A DNA stretch of 64,000 bases. Origin: Asterias rubens (Eukaryota). Under the pieces are notes generated by a model. It worked only from the letters and a program-made list of their open reading frames with translations, searched no databases and had not been told where the DNA came from. The stretch spans positions 28,954,001 through 29,018,000 of the forward strand of contig NC_047062.1 in the NCBI RefSeq assembly GCF_902459465.1. Reading direction: 5' to 3'. This document shows, one piece after another, positions 1 to 12,774 of the stretch (position 1 is its first letter; each line of letters starts with the position of its first letter). Position numbers and translations under genes: made by a program.

Positions 1-1313
1 TCGTGAGTACGGTCGTGTCTTTCTACTTTCAACCTCGCACACGTGGCTCAAACAACAGCCTTGATGGGTCTGTAACAGCTTTATCGGAATTCCGATTAAA
101 GGGCATGCATATGCATGATCTGGGCGTGTCATTCTAAACATTGGCCAATCACTGGCGCGATTGAGAATGACGTATTACTGCGCTAGCAATCATGCCACGT
201 CCGTGTGGCGTGTGTGTGTACGCTGTACGCTAGCTGTATGGACAAGTGAGTGTCCCTATGATGTACGGGGTCTGAATGCGCTGCCGAACGGTATACGGGC
301 TACCGGTGTGAGCCGGACAAGCCTCGCTCGGTCGGTACGGTGTCGAACAACTTCGAAGAGAGGAGGGGTTCCTTGGCCCCATTGTCTTGCGTTTCATTAT
401 AACACGAGGACTAGCATCATAAGTACAATGTAGCTGGTAGATCTGTCCCTGAGTGGGAAGCTGCTATAAATGCTATAAGTGTAACGATAGTAGTATGGCA
501 AGAGTTAGTTTATGAAATTGATCTTTACGTGTAGTTGTTGTTCAGCCACACGCCATCTACTACCGTCTGGTATGTTTTCGACCAACACATAATTTATTTT
601 CGATCCCCAACTTTGATTTACCGCGAGAAACGTAACGAATAATATGTCTAGACAAAATAAACAGCTGGGTTTCTTATCTCATCTGGTCTGAAACGGGGAA
701 AACAGTAATAATATTAAGTGTTTGTGCTTCAAGGGGGGTGGGTATGCCCAACATCTAAAAGCATTTAGACTTTTGCACAAACATCCCGCAAAAAATTTCC
801 CTGGATGGAGAAGCAGATTATTTAACTGTAACATGTAAGATTTTGTTCTTATTGATTTTGTTTTGTTTGGCACAAAGTCAAAATGCTGTGATGAAGACGC
901 AATGTTTTTGATCACATGAAAGGTTGTGTAAATATTTGTTTTACTCTAAATTTTGTTTCTGAAACAAACATTTACACTTGTAACTGACCATTTCGGGAAC
1001 GTTTACACAATTACAAAAATAAGCGTAAATACACATGCTTAGATAACATTGTGTCAAATTTGGGTCAACTATTAATATGTCACATAGATAATATGGGTCA
1101 ACAGTTTGTTTTTCATAACATATCTGGCATTCTGTTCAGTCCAAACCTTCTTTTATCAAGTGCTGTGACAACAAACAATGACCTTTGTCATCAAAATATT
1201 TCATTATGATCAGAGGTTTGCCTTAACTTTTTCAGAGACTGGCTAGCAGGACCATTTAGCTTACGAGTCATTTCACAACTCCGCCAGCTTTTTCACTGGT
1301 CCATATTTCACAT

Positions 1314-1694
1314 TTAAAGGAACGTTACAGAATTGGTAAGAAACAAATTCGTGAAGATCACATGCTTACATCAAACTTACAAGATCTAATGAAGATGATA
1401 CTAGAAAACATCCCTGGAAATATTTATGACTGAAATGTCATGTTTGGTGAGAAGTAAATAATCTAATTTCGCGTTTGGAGTTTATCGCTCAGTGAGCGTT
1501 TTATTCATTTTTTCCCCATCGATGTTATGCAAAATGTTTAAGAGGTTTTTCACTATTTTCTTGTGACCCAGATGGTCGATCGATCTCAAACTTCTACAGG
1601 TTTGTCAGTTTATGTATATGATGGATTACATAGAGTGCTTACACTGCCAGCAACTTTTTTTGTTAGCAAAACCCATTCTGTAATGTTCCTTTAA
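1314..1694 (+). mobile_element. Kolobok/T2-type MITE, family C
   Basis: TTAA|AGGAACGTTACAGAAT...ATTCTGTAATGTTCCT|TTAA; a second copy lies inverted at 5136-5520. Confidence 0.85.
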
Positions 1695-1743
1695 GTAGGG
1701 ATGCTTTTCAATACTGAACTACCCAGCGCTAGGGACTACTTGG

Positions 1744-2164
1744 AGAAAATTTTGACTGGTCCTCTGGTGTTTTAACTGGCATATGGCCAGCGGACTACTG
1801 GTCACTATGTAAAAATGTTAGACTGCAGGAATTGCAATCACAAGGTTGAGGGTTCGAATACCACAAGTAACCGCTGATTTCACAATGACTAGAATACATA
1901 TTGTCTAGTTACTGAATCACAATTTCTTGATTTGTGCAGTTCATAATCATAGAACAATTTGACTGGTCATCGCGTGTTTTAAACGGCATTTGGCCAGCGG
2001 ACCACTAGTCACAATGGTAAAGTTGTTAGACTGCAGGACTTGCAATCACTAGGTTGTGGGTTCAAATCCCCATGCTAACAGCTGATTTTACAATGACTAG
2101 AATAAATATTGTCGTCTAGTTACTAAATCACAAGTTCTTGATTTGTGCAGTTCATAATCATAGA
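1744..2164 (+). repeat. Tandem duplication of an about 210 bp unit with a tRNA-like head
   Basis: 1744-1953 and 1951-2164 align along their length; each has a B-box (GGTTCGAATAC / GGTTCAAATCC). Confidence 0.8.
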
Positions 2165-2264
2165 CGTTGAACCAATGTTTGTATGAGAGAGATTGGCTGT
2201 TGCCAGCTTGGTGTTTATATCCCCTTGTGGGAGTTTGCCAAGTTCCCTTGATGTGAATATCATC

Positions 2265-2650
2265 TTAAAGACAGTGGACACTATTGGTAATTGTCAAAGA
2301 CCAGTCTTTTCACTTGGTGTATGTCAACATATGCATGAAATAACAAACCTGTGAAAGTTTGAGCTTAATTGGTCGTCCAAGTTATGAGATAATAATGAAA
2401 GAAAAAACACCCTTGTCACACGAAGTTGTGTGCGTTTAGATGGTTGATTTTGAGATCTCAAGTTCTAAACTTGAGGTCTTGAAATCAAATTCGTGGAAAA
2501 CTACTTCTTTCTCGAAAACTAAGTCACTTCAGAGGGAGCCGTTTCTCACAATGATTTATACTATCAACCTCTCCCCATTACTCGTTACCAAGTGAGGTTT
2601 TATGCTAATAATTATTTTAAGTAATTACCAATAATGTCCACATCCTTTAA
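2265..2650 (+). mobile_element. Kolobok/T2-type MITE, family A
   Basis: TTAA TSD; TIR AGACAGTGGACACTATTGGTAATT and its reverse complement; at least 8 copies in the window. Confidence 0.9.
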
Positions 2651-2672
2651 CAATAATGAAGAGCACTACTCA

Positions 2673-3032
<360 letters not shown>

Positions 3033-3479
3033 TTAATTTTGGTTTAAGTTTCTCAGTATGTTGGCACATACACAGGAATGGGAACAAGTAAAAATGGCAC
3101 AATACAAAGACAAATATTTGCATTGGGATAAAGAATATTAATTTTGGTTTTGTGTTGGCACTGTCAGTACTTTCCTGAGCTCTGTGAAAAAAATAGGTTC
3201 AAATTCCAGTACTATAATGCCTATTGATTGGGAAAGTACTGAGTATACACGTCCATTGCTAACACACATCGGTGTACAGTGTATGGGTAAAACCAAAATT
3301 AATACAATAACAAATATTATCAGTAAATAATATGCTGTAAACAGAAGCCACTAAACAGCCACTGTAAACAGACTGAGTGTAACGCACTGCCCTTTTTTGT
3401 TTCAATGCTACATCAGAGATGAGGAAAGGGTCTGTATGTATTCGTTTGGAAATGACTCTGAAAAGTAACGTCAAGAAAA

Positions 3480-3750
3480 ACTTACTTGGTAAAAAGTATG
3501 GCAGCTTTGGACAGTATAAACATTTTTAGGAATTTTTCACTTTAAAATACTGCAGTATGAAAGATTATCGCCAAAAAGTTGAATCTGAGAAGCGTTACTG
3601 ACAGTAACATTTCTCAGAATTTGCATTCAAATTGCAGATTCTTCTTCTTCTTGCGTGGACATACAGTGTATGTAAACCGCTCCAGATTTTCGGCAATATC
3701 TCAAAAAGTTCACCACCTTTTGAAATCAAATTTCAGCAGGTTTGTTTTAA
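3480..3750. mobile_element. Degenerate MITE, family B
   Basis: Shares TTGAATCTGAGAAGYGTTACTG and CCACCTTTTGAAAT with 13380-13625. Confidence 0.55.
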
Positions 3751-4006
3751 TAATAATAATAATAATAGTGGCTTCTTATATAGCGCACATACCCGTCACT
3801 CAGTGACGCTAAAGGTGCTTTAACGTTAATTTCCTGCATGGTACTTATATAAATAGGATTTAAACAAAAGTGGGTTTCAATTACCAAACGAATACAATCC
3901 CTTTAAATAGGAAGAATATAATGCTTGCCTACGTAAGCAACCAAACTCCTTTTCCCCCCAGACAACATACGCCCCCAAGGAACTGACACACTAGATCTGA
4001 TACTGA

Positions 4007-4401
4007 TTAAAGACACTGGACACTATTGGTAATTGGTAAAAGACAAGTCTTCTCACTTGGTGTATCTCAACATAGGATATATGCATTTATAAAACAACAA
4101 ACCTGCGAAAATTTGAGCTCAATTGGTCATCGAAGTTGCGAGATAATAATGAAAGAGAGAACACCTTTGTCACAAGTTGTGTACTTTCAGATGCTTGATT
4201 TCGAGACCTGAAATTCTAAACTTGAGGTCTCGAAATCAAATTTGTTGAAAATTACTTCTTTCTCAAAAACTACGTCACTTCAGAGGGAGCTGTTTCTCAC
4301 AATGTTTTATACTATCAACCTCTCCCCATTACTCATTACCAAGTCAGGTTTTATGCTAATAATTATTTTGAATAATTACCAATAGTGTCCACTGCCTTTA
4401 A
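4007..4401 (+). mobile_element. Kolobok/T2-type MITE, family A
   Basis: TTAA|AGACACTGGACACTATTGG...CCAATAGTGTCCACTGCCT|TTAA. Confidence 0.9.
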
Positions 4402-5135
4402 GCAGAAGCAAAGTTTACCACCCCCTCCTACATAGTATTAGTTCTGGATCTATGTCTGCATGATATGAATTCCCGGCTTTGATTATGGCATTTCATCCTA
4501 TGTTCTTCACTGTAGAGAATTGCCTGAGGTCATTCTTGCTATGCAAGATGTGTGTCTCGCGTACAGTCATGTTCACTCATCAGGCATGATGTATTTGGCA
4601 CTTGGAAAAAGCAGGAACATTTTATTGAGTACAAGGGCTGACATTAGTGACACAACTTGGAATTCAACTCCTAAGATTTTAAGAATATGTCTACCATTTC
4701 CACCATTTTGGGAGTAAATTCTTTTTTTTTCAAAATTTTGACTGGCAGAATGGCGGACAATATAGGCCTGTTTAAAGTGTGCTACGTGTTGTGCAATGGT
4801 CTACACGCAATAACTTACTTTTTGGGCTAAAATTTCCGTAGAAAGAATATCATGCCTGAATCATGTAAAACATGTATACATTTCCCCTTATCTCATGCAA
4901 AACAAAAAAGAAGTTCAACCCTAACCCTGAACATACACATTTTATAACTTTAAAAGTGAAATACACTTGCCGTAAGCACGGAATTCCCTGCTTCCGTAAG
5001 CGCCGGTTCTGTGCTTATGGTAAGCAGAGCCATGAAATTGGGCCCAGGTGTTTGACAACTCTACTCAAAAGAGATTTTCACATGGTGTTTATATCGCAAA
5101 CCTCACCTTTTTGTACTTTAAGTTTAAAATCCTAC

Positions 5136-5520
5136 TTAATGGAACATTACAGAATGGGTTTTTGCAAACAAAACAGTTACTGGCAGTAAAGCACTTTGTG
5201 TAATCCACCATACACATAAACTGAAAAACCTGTAGAAGTTCGAGATCGATCGGCCATCTGGGTTACGAGAGAATAGTGAAAAACCGATTACAAATTTTTT
5301 ATTGCATCGATGCCAAAATAAAAATGAATAGAACACTCACTGAGCGATAAACTCCAAACGCGAAGTTAGATTATTTATTTCTCATCAAATAATGACATTT
5401 CAGGTAGAAATATTTCAAGGGATGTTTTCAACTATCCTCATCATTAGACCGTGTAAGTTTTATGTAAACCTGTGATCTTCACAATTTTTGTTTCTTACCA
5501 ATTCTGTAACGTTCCTTTAA
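5136..5520 (-). mobile_element. Kolobok/T2-type MITE, family C (inverted copy)
   Basis: Reverse-complement homolog of 1314-1694 with TTAA flanks. Confidence 0.85.
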
Positions 5521-5960
5521 ACTGTATTAACAAAATAGGTGATTTAGATGGTTAATTGTACAACAAATTATAACAAGAACGTTAATTAATGTGTAGACTT
5601 ACTGTGAATTATATCCTCGGTCACTATCCAAGGAATCGGAGTCACTATCTATGCTAGCACTGTATGGTACGCCACGTTGCCTGTAGGCCATGAAGCCAGT
5701 CACAGCCTGACTGCTGGACCAAGGGCTACTAGGGGAATATCTGTGGGGTACAAACAGGAACACGGGTTAGTTGGGTCTTCCTTTTTAGCGGATCCCCATG
5801 GGGGTATGGGGGGGTGTTGCTTTGACAGATCAATCGACTAGTCCGGTTTATATTCAGGGCTGCCCTTAATACTAGCATAGCGCACATGGTAAAAACTGCT
5901 ATGAGCTAGTAAACACAACCTTTCAACTTGCCCTATGTGCAACTTAAAACTGTGCAATCT

Positions 5961-6148
5961 CAGGCCTCATACTTCACTGAGGCAACAGAAGTGATTGCCT
6001 CCATGTCCCCTGGTCATTGCCTTGGTGCCCTTAAAATGCTCTGCTAGTAGAAAATTACAAAATTTCCTCATAGGGTGCCCTTTACCAAGGAGAAAATGCC
6101 GTGGTGCCCTTGCCCTTTCAAAAAAGAAGCATACATGTACAGGCCTGC
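5961..6148 (+). mobile_element. MITE family F (CAGGCCTG termini)
   Basis: Core AATTTCCTCATAGGGTGCCCTTTACCAAGGAGAAAATGCC recurs at about 6830-7078 (inverted), 7380-7536, 29555-29720, 51680-51800 and 51920-52075. Confidence 0.8.
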
Positions 6149-6311
6149 AACCCACTTGTTTAAAATGCTCTAATATTTCTTCCAGATGTGAATAATACAT
6201 TTTTTATGTGGTAATTTATTTTTGAGTGTTTGAGTGTACCTTTATTTGTCTATTTATATTATTGGTTGTGATTGCTACCATCAATGCATCAGAAAGATAC
6301 ATTTGTGACAA

Positions 6312-6466
6312 TACGCCTCTCTTAATATTTATGCATGAGGTCCGTCACAATTGTAACCCAAAACGAGGCGATGGGCGCAGCCACTGCAAGTGATTTGCGG
6401 ACGGCGCCCATAGCCTCATTTTGGGTTAGAATTATGACGTCATGCATAAATATTAAGAGAGGCGTA
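6312..6466. mobile_element. Palindromic MITE
   Basis: 27-bp perfect IR TACGCCTCTCTTAATATTTATGCATGA plus an inner imperfect IR; TA at both ends. Confidence 0.8.
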
Positions 6467-6829
6467 AAAGTACATGTTTGAAATCATGAATACTAAAACT
6501 TCCTAGGGGCAAGTTAAACTCAGAGTATATTATCCAGGTTGGCTACTTAACAAAAAGCTATAAGAGCAAGGCCTGATATTGTACACTAGTTGCCTTTAAT
6601 AAACACACTGTAGAACTACATGCAAATTACTCATACACAATTTGATATGATCCCTTCATCCAGGGGTGTGCCTCATTTGCTCCATGCTCATAAGGAATTA
6701 AAGTCAGTCAAGTTTTTCAAAGTAAATTCAAACCGACAAGTAAAAGGCAGGGTTATAACTGTTGACACGGTCAAATTACAACTTGTCAACACTCTTTCAT
6801 CACTTCCTTCTAAAGGCACTGGACAGTGG

Positions 6830-7078
6830 ACACTATTGCAATGTAACATGTGTAATGACAAGGGGGAGCACGGAGGCTTCCAAAACAATTTTTTTTTTTA
6901 AATACATGTAGAAGTGCCCTTTCCAGAGCAGTTTTTGAAAGGGCAAGGGCAGCAAGACATTTTCAGGGCACCCTTTGAGGAAATTTCTACAGGCTGAGCA
7001 TTTCAAGGGCACCAAGGTAATGACCAACGGGCATGGAGGCAATCACCTTCATTGCCCCCATGAAGTATCAGGCCTGCA
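6830..7078 (-). mobile_element. MITE family F (inverted copy)
   Basis: Reverse-complement homolog of 5961-6148. Confidence 0.75.
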
Positions 7079-8237
7079 AGAGGCAAATTGCTGTGCCCCC
7101 TTCAAGGCCAACTAACATAAAGCATTTTGACACAGTCCTACAGCACGATTACTCAACACCTACACTGTAAATGTTTGTGCTCTGATAAGATTGGCATGCA
7201 TGGCCAATGGCTGATTACAAAGAATTAAGGGATTTGGGGAAGCTTTATCTACCATCAAGGACTCTTGTGTTACTGTTACACGCATGCACAAGTTCGGTTT
7301 CCTCTTAAGGAGGCAACTTTTTTTAACTCATAATTTGAGGTTGAAATGAGCAATGATTGGTTAGACAATCTATTAGAACTCCTCTGGTCCCAATTGCCTC
7401 CGTTGCCCCTTGCCATTGCCTTGCTGCCCTTAAAATGCTCCACTAGAAATTTACAATTTCCTCATAGGGTGCCCTTTGCCAAAGAGAAAATGCCTTGGTG
7501 CCCTTGCCTTTTCAAAAACGAAGCTTACAGGCCTGCAATGTAACTAGTAAACTTAAAAACTTGCACAGAAACATAGTGCAGTCAAATGAAAGTTAGTTTT
7601 AACCAACCAACCAACCACCCCAAATTTGATTTTTAGATATTGAATGGCTTCATAATATAAACATCCATACACTGCAGATGCAGTGAATGGATGCAAATAT
7701 GAAAACAAGTATTCTAGATCAAAGGTCTCTAGCATCACTTGTTGTGTGGCTTTTCCTGTTAAAAAAAACCAACAAAAATCTGTAGTTTAGTCAGGAAGGA
7801 TGACAATCTTACCAGCTTGGCCAGGTGAGTTTTTTTGTATCGTTGTTCATTTGCATACATTGTATGTAAATAGCTGAATTTCGATTTGTTTCTTTTGACC
7901 ACGAACAATACCAAAGAACAAAAAATCAAATTCTTTATTCTGAATTGCCCCCTAAGTTTTGCCTATATTGGCAGTTTGATTCATTATTAGGCCTATTATA
8001 TTTTGTTGTCAATATTAGGCCCTACAATTAATATTTTATATTTTCTGTTTGTTTTCGTGGGGGAAGGGGGAAGGGGGAAGGGGGATGGGATACATTATTC
8101 TTCAAGGTTTACAAACCACATTGCCTCTTGTCAAGGTACACAATCAGGAAAACTGCACAAATAAAGAAAGTGCAGTGTTTCATGCGCTAGTGTATTTTGA
8201 CAGCAAAACAACCTTCAGTATTGAGTGGATTCAACTT

Positions 8238-8626
8238 TTAAAGGCAGTGGACACTATTGGTAATTACTCCAAATAATTTTTAGCATAAAACCTTTCTTGG
8301 TGACGAGTAATGGGGAGAGGTTGATGGTATAAAACATTGTGAGAAACGGCTCCGTCTGAAGAGCCATTGTTTTTGAGAAAGAAGTAATTTTCCATGAATT
8401 TGATTTCGAGACCTCAGATTTAGAACTTGAGGTCTCGAAATCAACCATCTTAACGGACACATCTTCGTGTGACAAGGGTGTTTTTTTCTTTCATTAAAAT
8501 TATCTCGCAAGTTCGATGACCGATTGAGCTCAAATTTTCACAGGTTTGTTATTTTATGCTATGTTGAGATACACCAACTGTGAAGGCTAGTCTTTGACAA
8601 TTACCAATAGTGTCCACTGCTTGTAA
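8238..8626 (-). mobile_element. Kolobok/T2-type MITE, family A
   Basis: TTAA|AGGCAGTGGACACTATTGGTAATT start; internal sequence is the reverse of 2265-2650. Confidence 0.9.
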
Positions 8627-8913
8627 AGATGTTTATTACAAATAATACAATGTAACTGAGGTCAAAAAGGCCTCACAACCAAACCAATGTGAATGTGGTG
8701 TGTTTCTCATCTAAACAGTGTTGGGAAAACTCTGACGCCCGGTTTACCGTATACTTCCGGCGAATGAGAAAAAAATAAATACCTCACAAATTTGCAATGA
8801 ATAATTCACAACAGGAAACTGTGCTCAACTCCTGTGAAACTTCCCTGTGTCGTCAAAATTTGCTTCGCATTCACATTTGCAGGAAGTTTGAACCAGGCTT
8901 AGGTGAATAGGCA

Positions 8914-9555
8914 GGTGTCAGGACACTTCGTACCTTTGCCACTTCGTACCCAGGACACTTCGTACCTTTTCAAGGTACAAAGTAAAAGGTACGAAGTGAC
9001 TTTGGACACTTCGTACCTTGGACACTTCGTACCTTGGACACTTCGTACCTTCTTACAAGACATTTCGTACCTTCTCACGAGTCACTTCGTGCCTTCTCAC
9101 GAGACACTTCCTACCTTTGTATTAATTTGGGATTTCTGCATCGTTTTTGATTATTTTGTGCTTTGTGATCGGATGATTATGAAATAATAGCAAATCAAAC
9201 CAACTATTACTATCTAGTTGGGACCAAGAAGCTATTTTGACGATTGCGTGATTGTTTGCGTGATTGTTTGACTTTAAAATATTTGTAAAAAATATTGACG
9301 GAAGATGTTGTCCTTGGCGTAATTAACTTAATACAAAATATTAATTTCACATTCAAAATGACATTCACATATTCAAACAAAAATTATAATTCAGTAAGTA
9401 TTAATTTTTATTTCAAAGAACATATAATTATTGAGGAATACACATTTTAATGAAGGTACGAAGTGACTCGGCTGATGGTCACGAAGTGACCAATTTGGTT
9501 ACAGTACGAAGTGTCCAGGGTACTAAGTGGCAAAGGTACGAAGTGTCCGACATCC
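8914..9555. mobile_element. Foldback-type non-autonomous DNA transposon with subterminal tandem repeats
   Basis: About nine GGACACTTCGTACCTT units on the left and about five inverted units on the right; flanks AATAGGCA / AATAGGAA. Confidence 0.8.
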
Positions 9556-9922
9556 AATAGGAATGGTAGTAATAGCTAGTAGTACAAAGGTAATTGAAGC
9601 TACTGCTGGATAAGACCAGAACATGTTAATCTATCAATTTAACCATTTGAAAACATAGCATAACGAAGGCCAAAAACGCTTGACGCCTAATAATGAGGAA
9701 GCGTTAGTTTCTACATGGTTTCTAGAACAACGATCAAAAGTATCAGCAACGTGAACTGAGTGAAAGGGTCTATTTTAATATTTCAAACTAGATTTTGTCC
9801 AACCTTAAAATATTGAAAACAAATCAAATAGGCCTAATGTCAAGATTTCTTTATAATATTCAAAATGGATCAATTTGATTCTGATCAAGACTTTTACTCT
9901 ACATTCATTCCTAGACTGACCC

Positions 9923-10063
9923 TAAAGCCTGGTTTAATCTCAATTCCTGAGAATGCAAAGCGATACAAATGTTGACGTCGCAGATTCGCAACGGATAATT
10001 CTTGTCAGTTGACCTGTGCTCAGCTCCTGACGTCAAAATTTGTCTCGAATAAACCAGGCTTAA
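9923..10063. mobile_element. Harbinger-type MITE
   Basis: TAA|AGCCTGGTTTA...TAAACCAGGCT|TAA. Confidence 0.7.
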
Positions 10064-10460
10064 GATCGACAGTACACTACAGTGTATTGCCTTGGGTTTT
10101 GCTGTTTTGTTGACGATCTGACTCAGTGACTGGCCATTGATTTGATGCATGCATTGCATGGAAGTGGAACCAGCAAATCTGGTTAGTTAACTTGTCCCTA
10201 TCGGTCCTTTTTCGGCAATGGGAAACATTCAGTCACTAATTTTTTTTACTCATTGTTTTTTAGCAAATTAGTCATAAGCCCCAGTGAGTGAAAATGTGGT
10301 GGTATGATCTGATTATGCAAAGAGTGAGCATGATCATGGAGTGTGTGTGATGACAAATCAAGCCTGGCTCGTCCACCGTGAGTGTGTGTGAATGCCAAAT
10401 ACGTGCACAGGAATAAGAGAATGTTGGTTTCGTTTGTATTTTTAATCTACCAATACTTAC

Positions 10461-10620
10461 ATTCAAATGCTGGCCTATGAAGTCCAGTCAATGTTGTTCA
10501 CACAAGACTAATGTTTGTAGACATGTACCGGGCATCGAGTCTGTCACCCAAAAACGTGCAGAAACTGGTTGCTCAAATTATCAACATCCACGCCATCTTC
10601 CTGATGAGATGCTATGACGT
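10461..10620 (-). other. Putative non-coding first exon of the BTBD10-family gene
   Basis: Perfect donor AAT|GTAAGT at 10461/10460, AAGATGGCG (YY1-like) motif near 10610, GCGCCCTCT at about 10673. Splicing to 2967 puts an in-frame TGA just upstream of the 2939 ATG. The 5' boundary is approximate and the link to the gene is inferred. Confidence 0.45.
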
Positions 10621-12774
10621 GTAAAATGCTCCAAAGTTATTTCATTTCTCTGAATGGAAATTATTGTAAACAGCGCCCTCTTGCGATGCCAACCGCGAGA
10701 AAATTTGCCAAAACATAAACAAAACACTTTTTGGTATGCTCTGCAGTTCAGTTCTCGATGTGTATCAAATTTGGGTGCAGTAGGAAAGAAGGAGCCGGTT
10801 GTTTAGTTAGTTTCTGGCGGTGGTAGTGAAATATATCATAAAATGTTTGTATATGTAAGACACTGCAAACAAACTACAACATGGGACAGAAAAAGTGGTA
10901 TTTATAGACACCCCCCACCCTTAGAATTGCTCCCCCACACTCATCTGCTTGATGTCAGGGCTCTGTTGTGCTGGGGGGGGGGGGTATAGTGACATAGTAA
11001 AATACTATGGGGATATAGTGCCATTTAAGCACGAGTTACATGGAGGAAGTGGCGAATAAAAGCCACTGTTGGTCCCCCAATGTTCACAAGACTCGATAAA
11101 AAGTAGATTCTTTGTGTTTCTGCAGATCATTCGTCTGGTTTTTGTTTAATGAAATGTTTAAACTTATACTTTCTTCACCACACTTGGTACCTTCCCAATG
11201 CAATTTCACAACAGGCTTGTCATCCTACACAGTAATAACCTTACTCTTTGCCTTGTTTATTCTATAGACTTATAATTATTTAATCAACATCTTAAATAAA
11301 ACAGGCAGATATCTGTAAAATCTCAAACTTGTAAATAACGTTTAAAAATGAACAAATAGGACACCCCATTACAGAATCAGCAGGCACGTCTCAGAAATGG
11401 AATTAAAAAGACAAGACACCCATTTGAGAAATACTTACATTATAACAATAGATATTTCTTTTGCAACGTCACAGCCGAGTGTTTGCCAACCCAGGTTGGA
11501 AAACTATGGAAAGCCATAAATGCATATCAAAACAGATCGCTACTCTTTGTAACAATGCTACCAAAATATTCAAATAGTGTTGATTTTGTTGAAAACAAAC
11601 GAAAGGTACTTTATTTAATTGAAAGTTTGCAGAAATCATGAATTTGGTTAAAACATCTGTTAATGCGATTGAGTTTTTTTACTAACATTCGGCAGTCCAT
11701 GCCAACCAAGGCAGTTTGTTTATCAACAAAAGAAAGGTCCATTCACAGATAATTTATATGCCCAAGTTAGATGCTGTTTGAAGACTCGTCTCAATTTTAT
11801 TTTGAGTTTCAGTAAAAATTGCTTTTCTCATGAAGCGTCACAAAAACATGAAAGTAACATCTGTTGAGCTCAAACTTCAACCAAGTAAAACAATTTGTGT
11901 CATCAATGATTTATGTATAAAGGAAACTCATGTGGAATAACCATGGAGGCTATACCTCCATGAACAAACTGTAAGAAGTGATGCAGGGTATATGCAGTGC
12001 AGGGTGATGCGGGGAAATGTGAATTATTTTGAAGTTTGTGGCAAACTCTTGTAAAGAACAGTTAAAACTGGGTGGAGGGTTGAATAGCCATAATAAACTC
12101 ATTGTTCGTGGTCCTAATTTCATAAAGCATGTAAACACAAAAGCTTGCTAAACACAGAACACACTCGCTTACCAAAAAAAAGGTTGCTAGCCAAAATGCC
12201 GCACACAATACCATTGCTGTGAGTGGTACCTCACTAATTTCTTGAAGACCAAAGGAATTTTCTAAGCACAAATTTCTGCTAAACAGCTTTATGAAAATGG
12301 GCCCTGGTCACTGCATTGGTGCCCCTGTAAATGTTCCAATAGTAATTCACAATTTCCTCACAGATGTAACTTTTATCAATGAGAGCATACATTGGTGCTC
12401 ATGCCCTTTCAAGAACAAAGCATAAGTCCAGAGTTGCCAACATTTGCATCGTGCAAACAGGGAGATATCACGAATTACATTCAACATAACAGGGAAACAA
12501 ATTCCATAATCAAGGATTTTTTCATAGCTTTCTATCAAGAATCAGGGAGAGTTGACAGCTGTCAATCATTAGGTCACAGATGCGGTTGCCTGTGATGAAA
12601 AAAAAAAAAAAAAAACAAAAAAACACTGGATGCTACTCCTTATGGAAGAGTGCCTACCATAAGCAGTACTTAGTCAATTAGTCAGCTAACAAGATTCACA
12701 CTACTTTTGCTAAGCAAACTTTTTTATGCTAAGCAAGTATTTGTGCGTATAGGCTTGATGAAATTATGCCCTGA

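Noticed and set aside
7800-7835. Back-to-back donor-like motifs on both strands (GTAAGA minus, GTGAGT plus)
   Set aside because: No convincing acceptor or exon body can be assigned.
8914-9120. Short direct-repeat array as CRISPR-like
   Set aside because: Eukaryotic context, no unique regular spacers, and inverted partner arm present; it is a foldback transposon arm.
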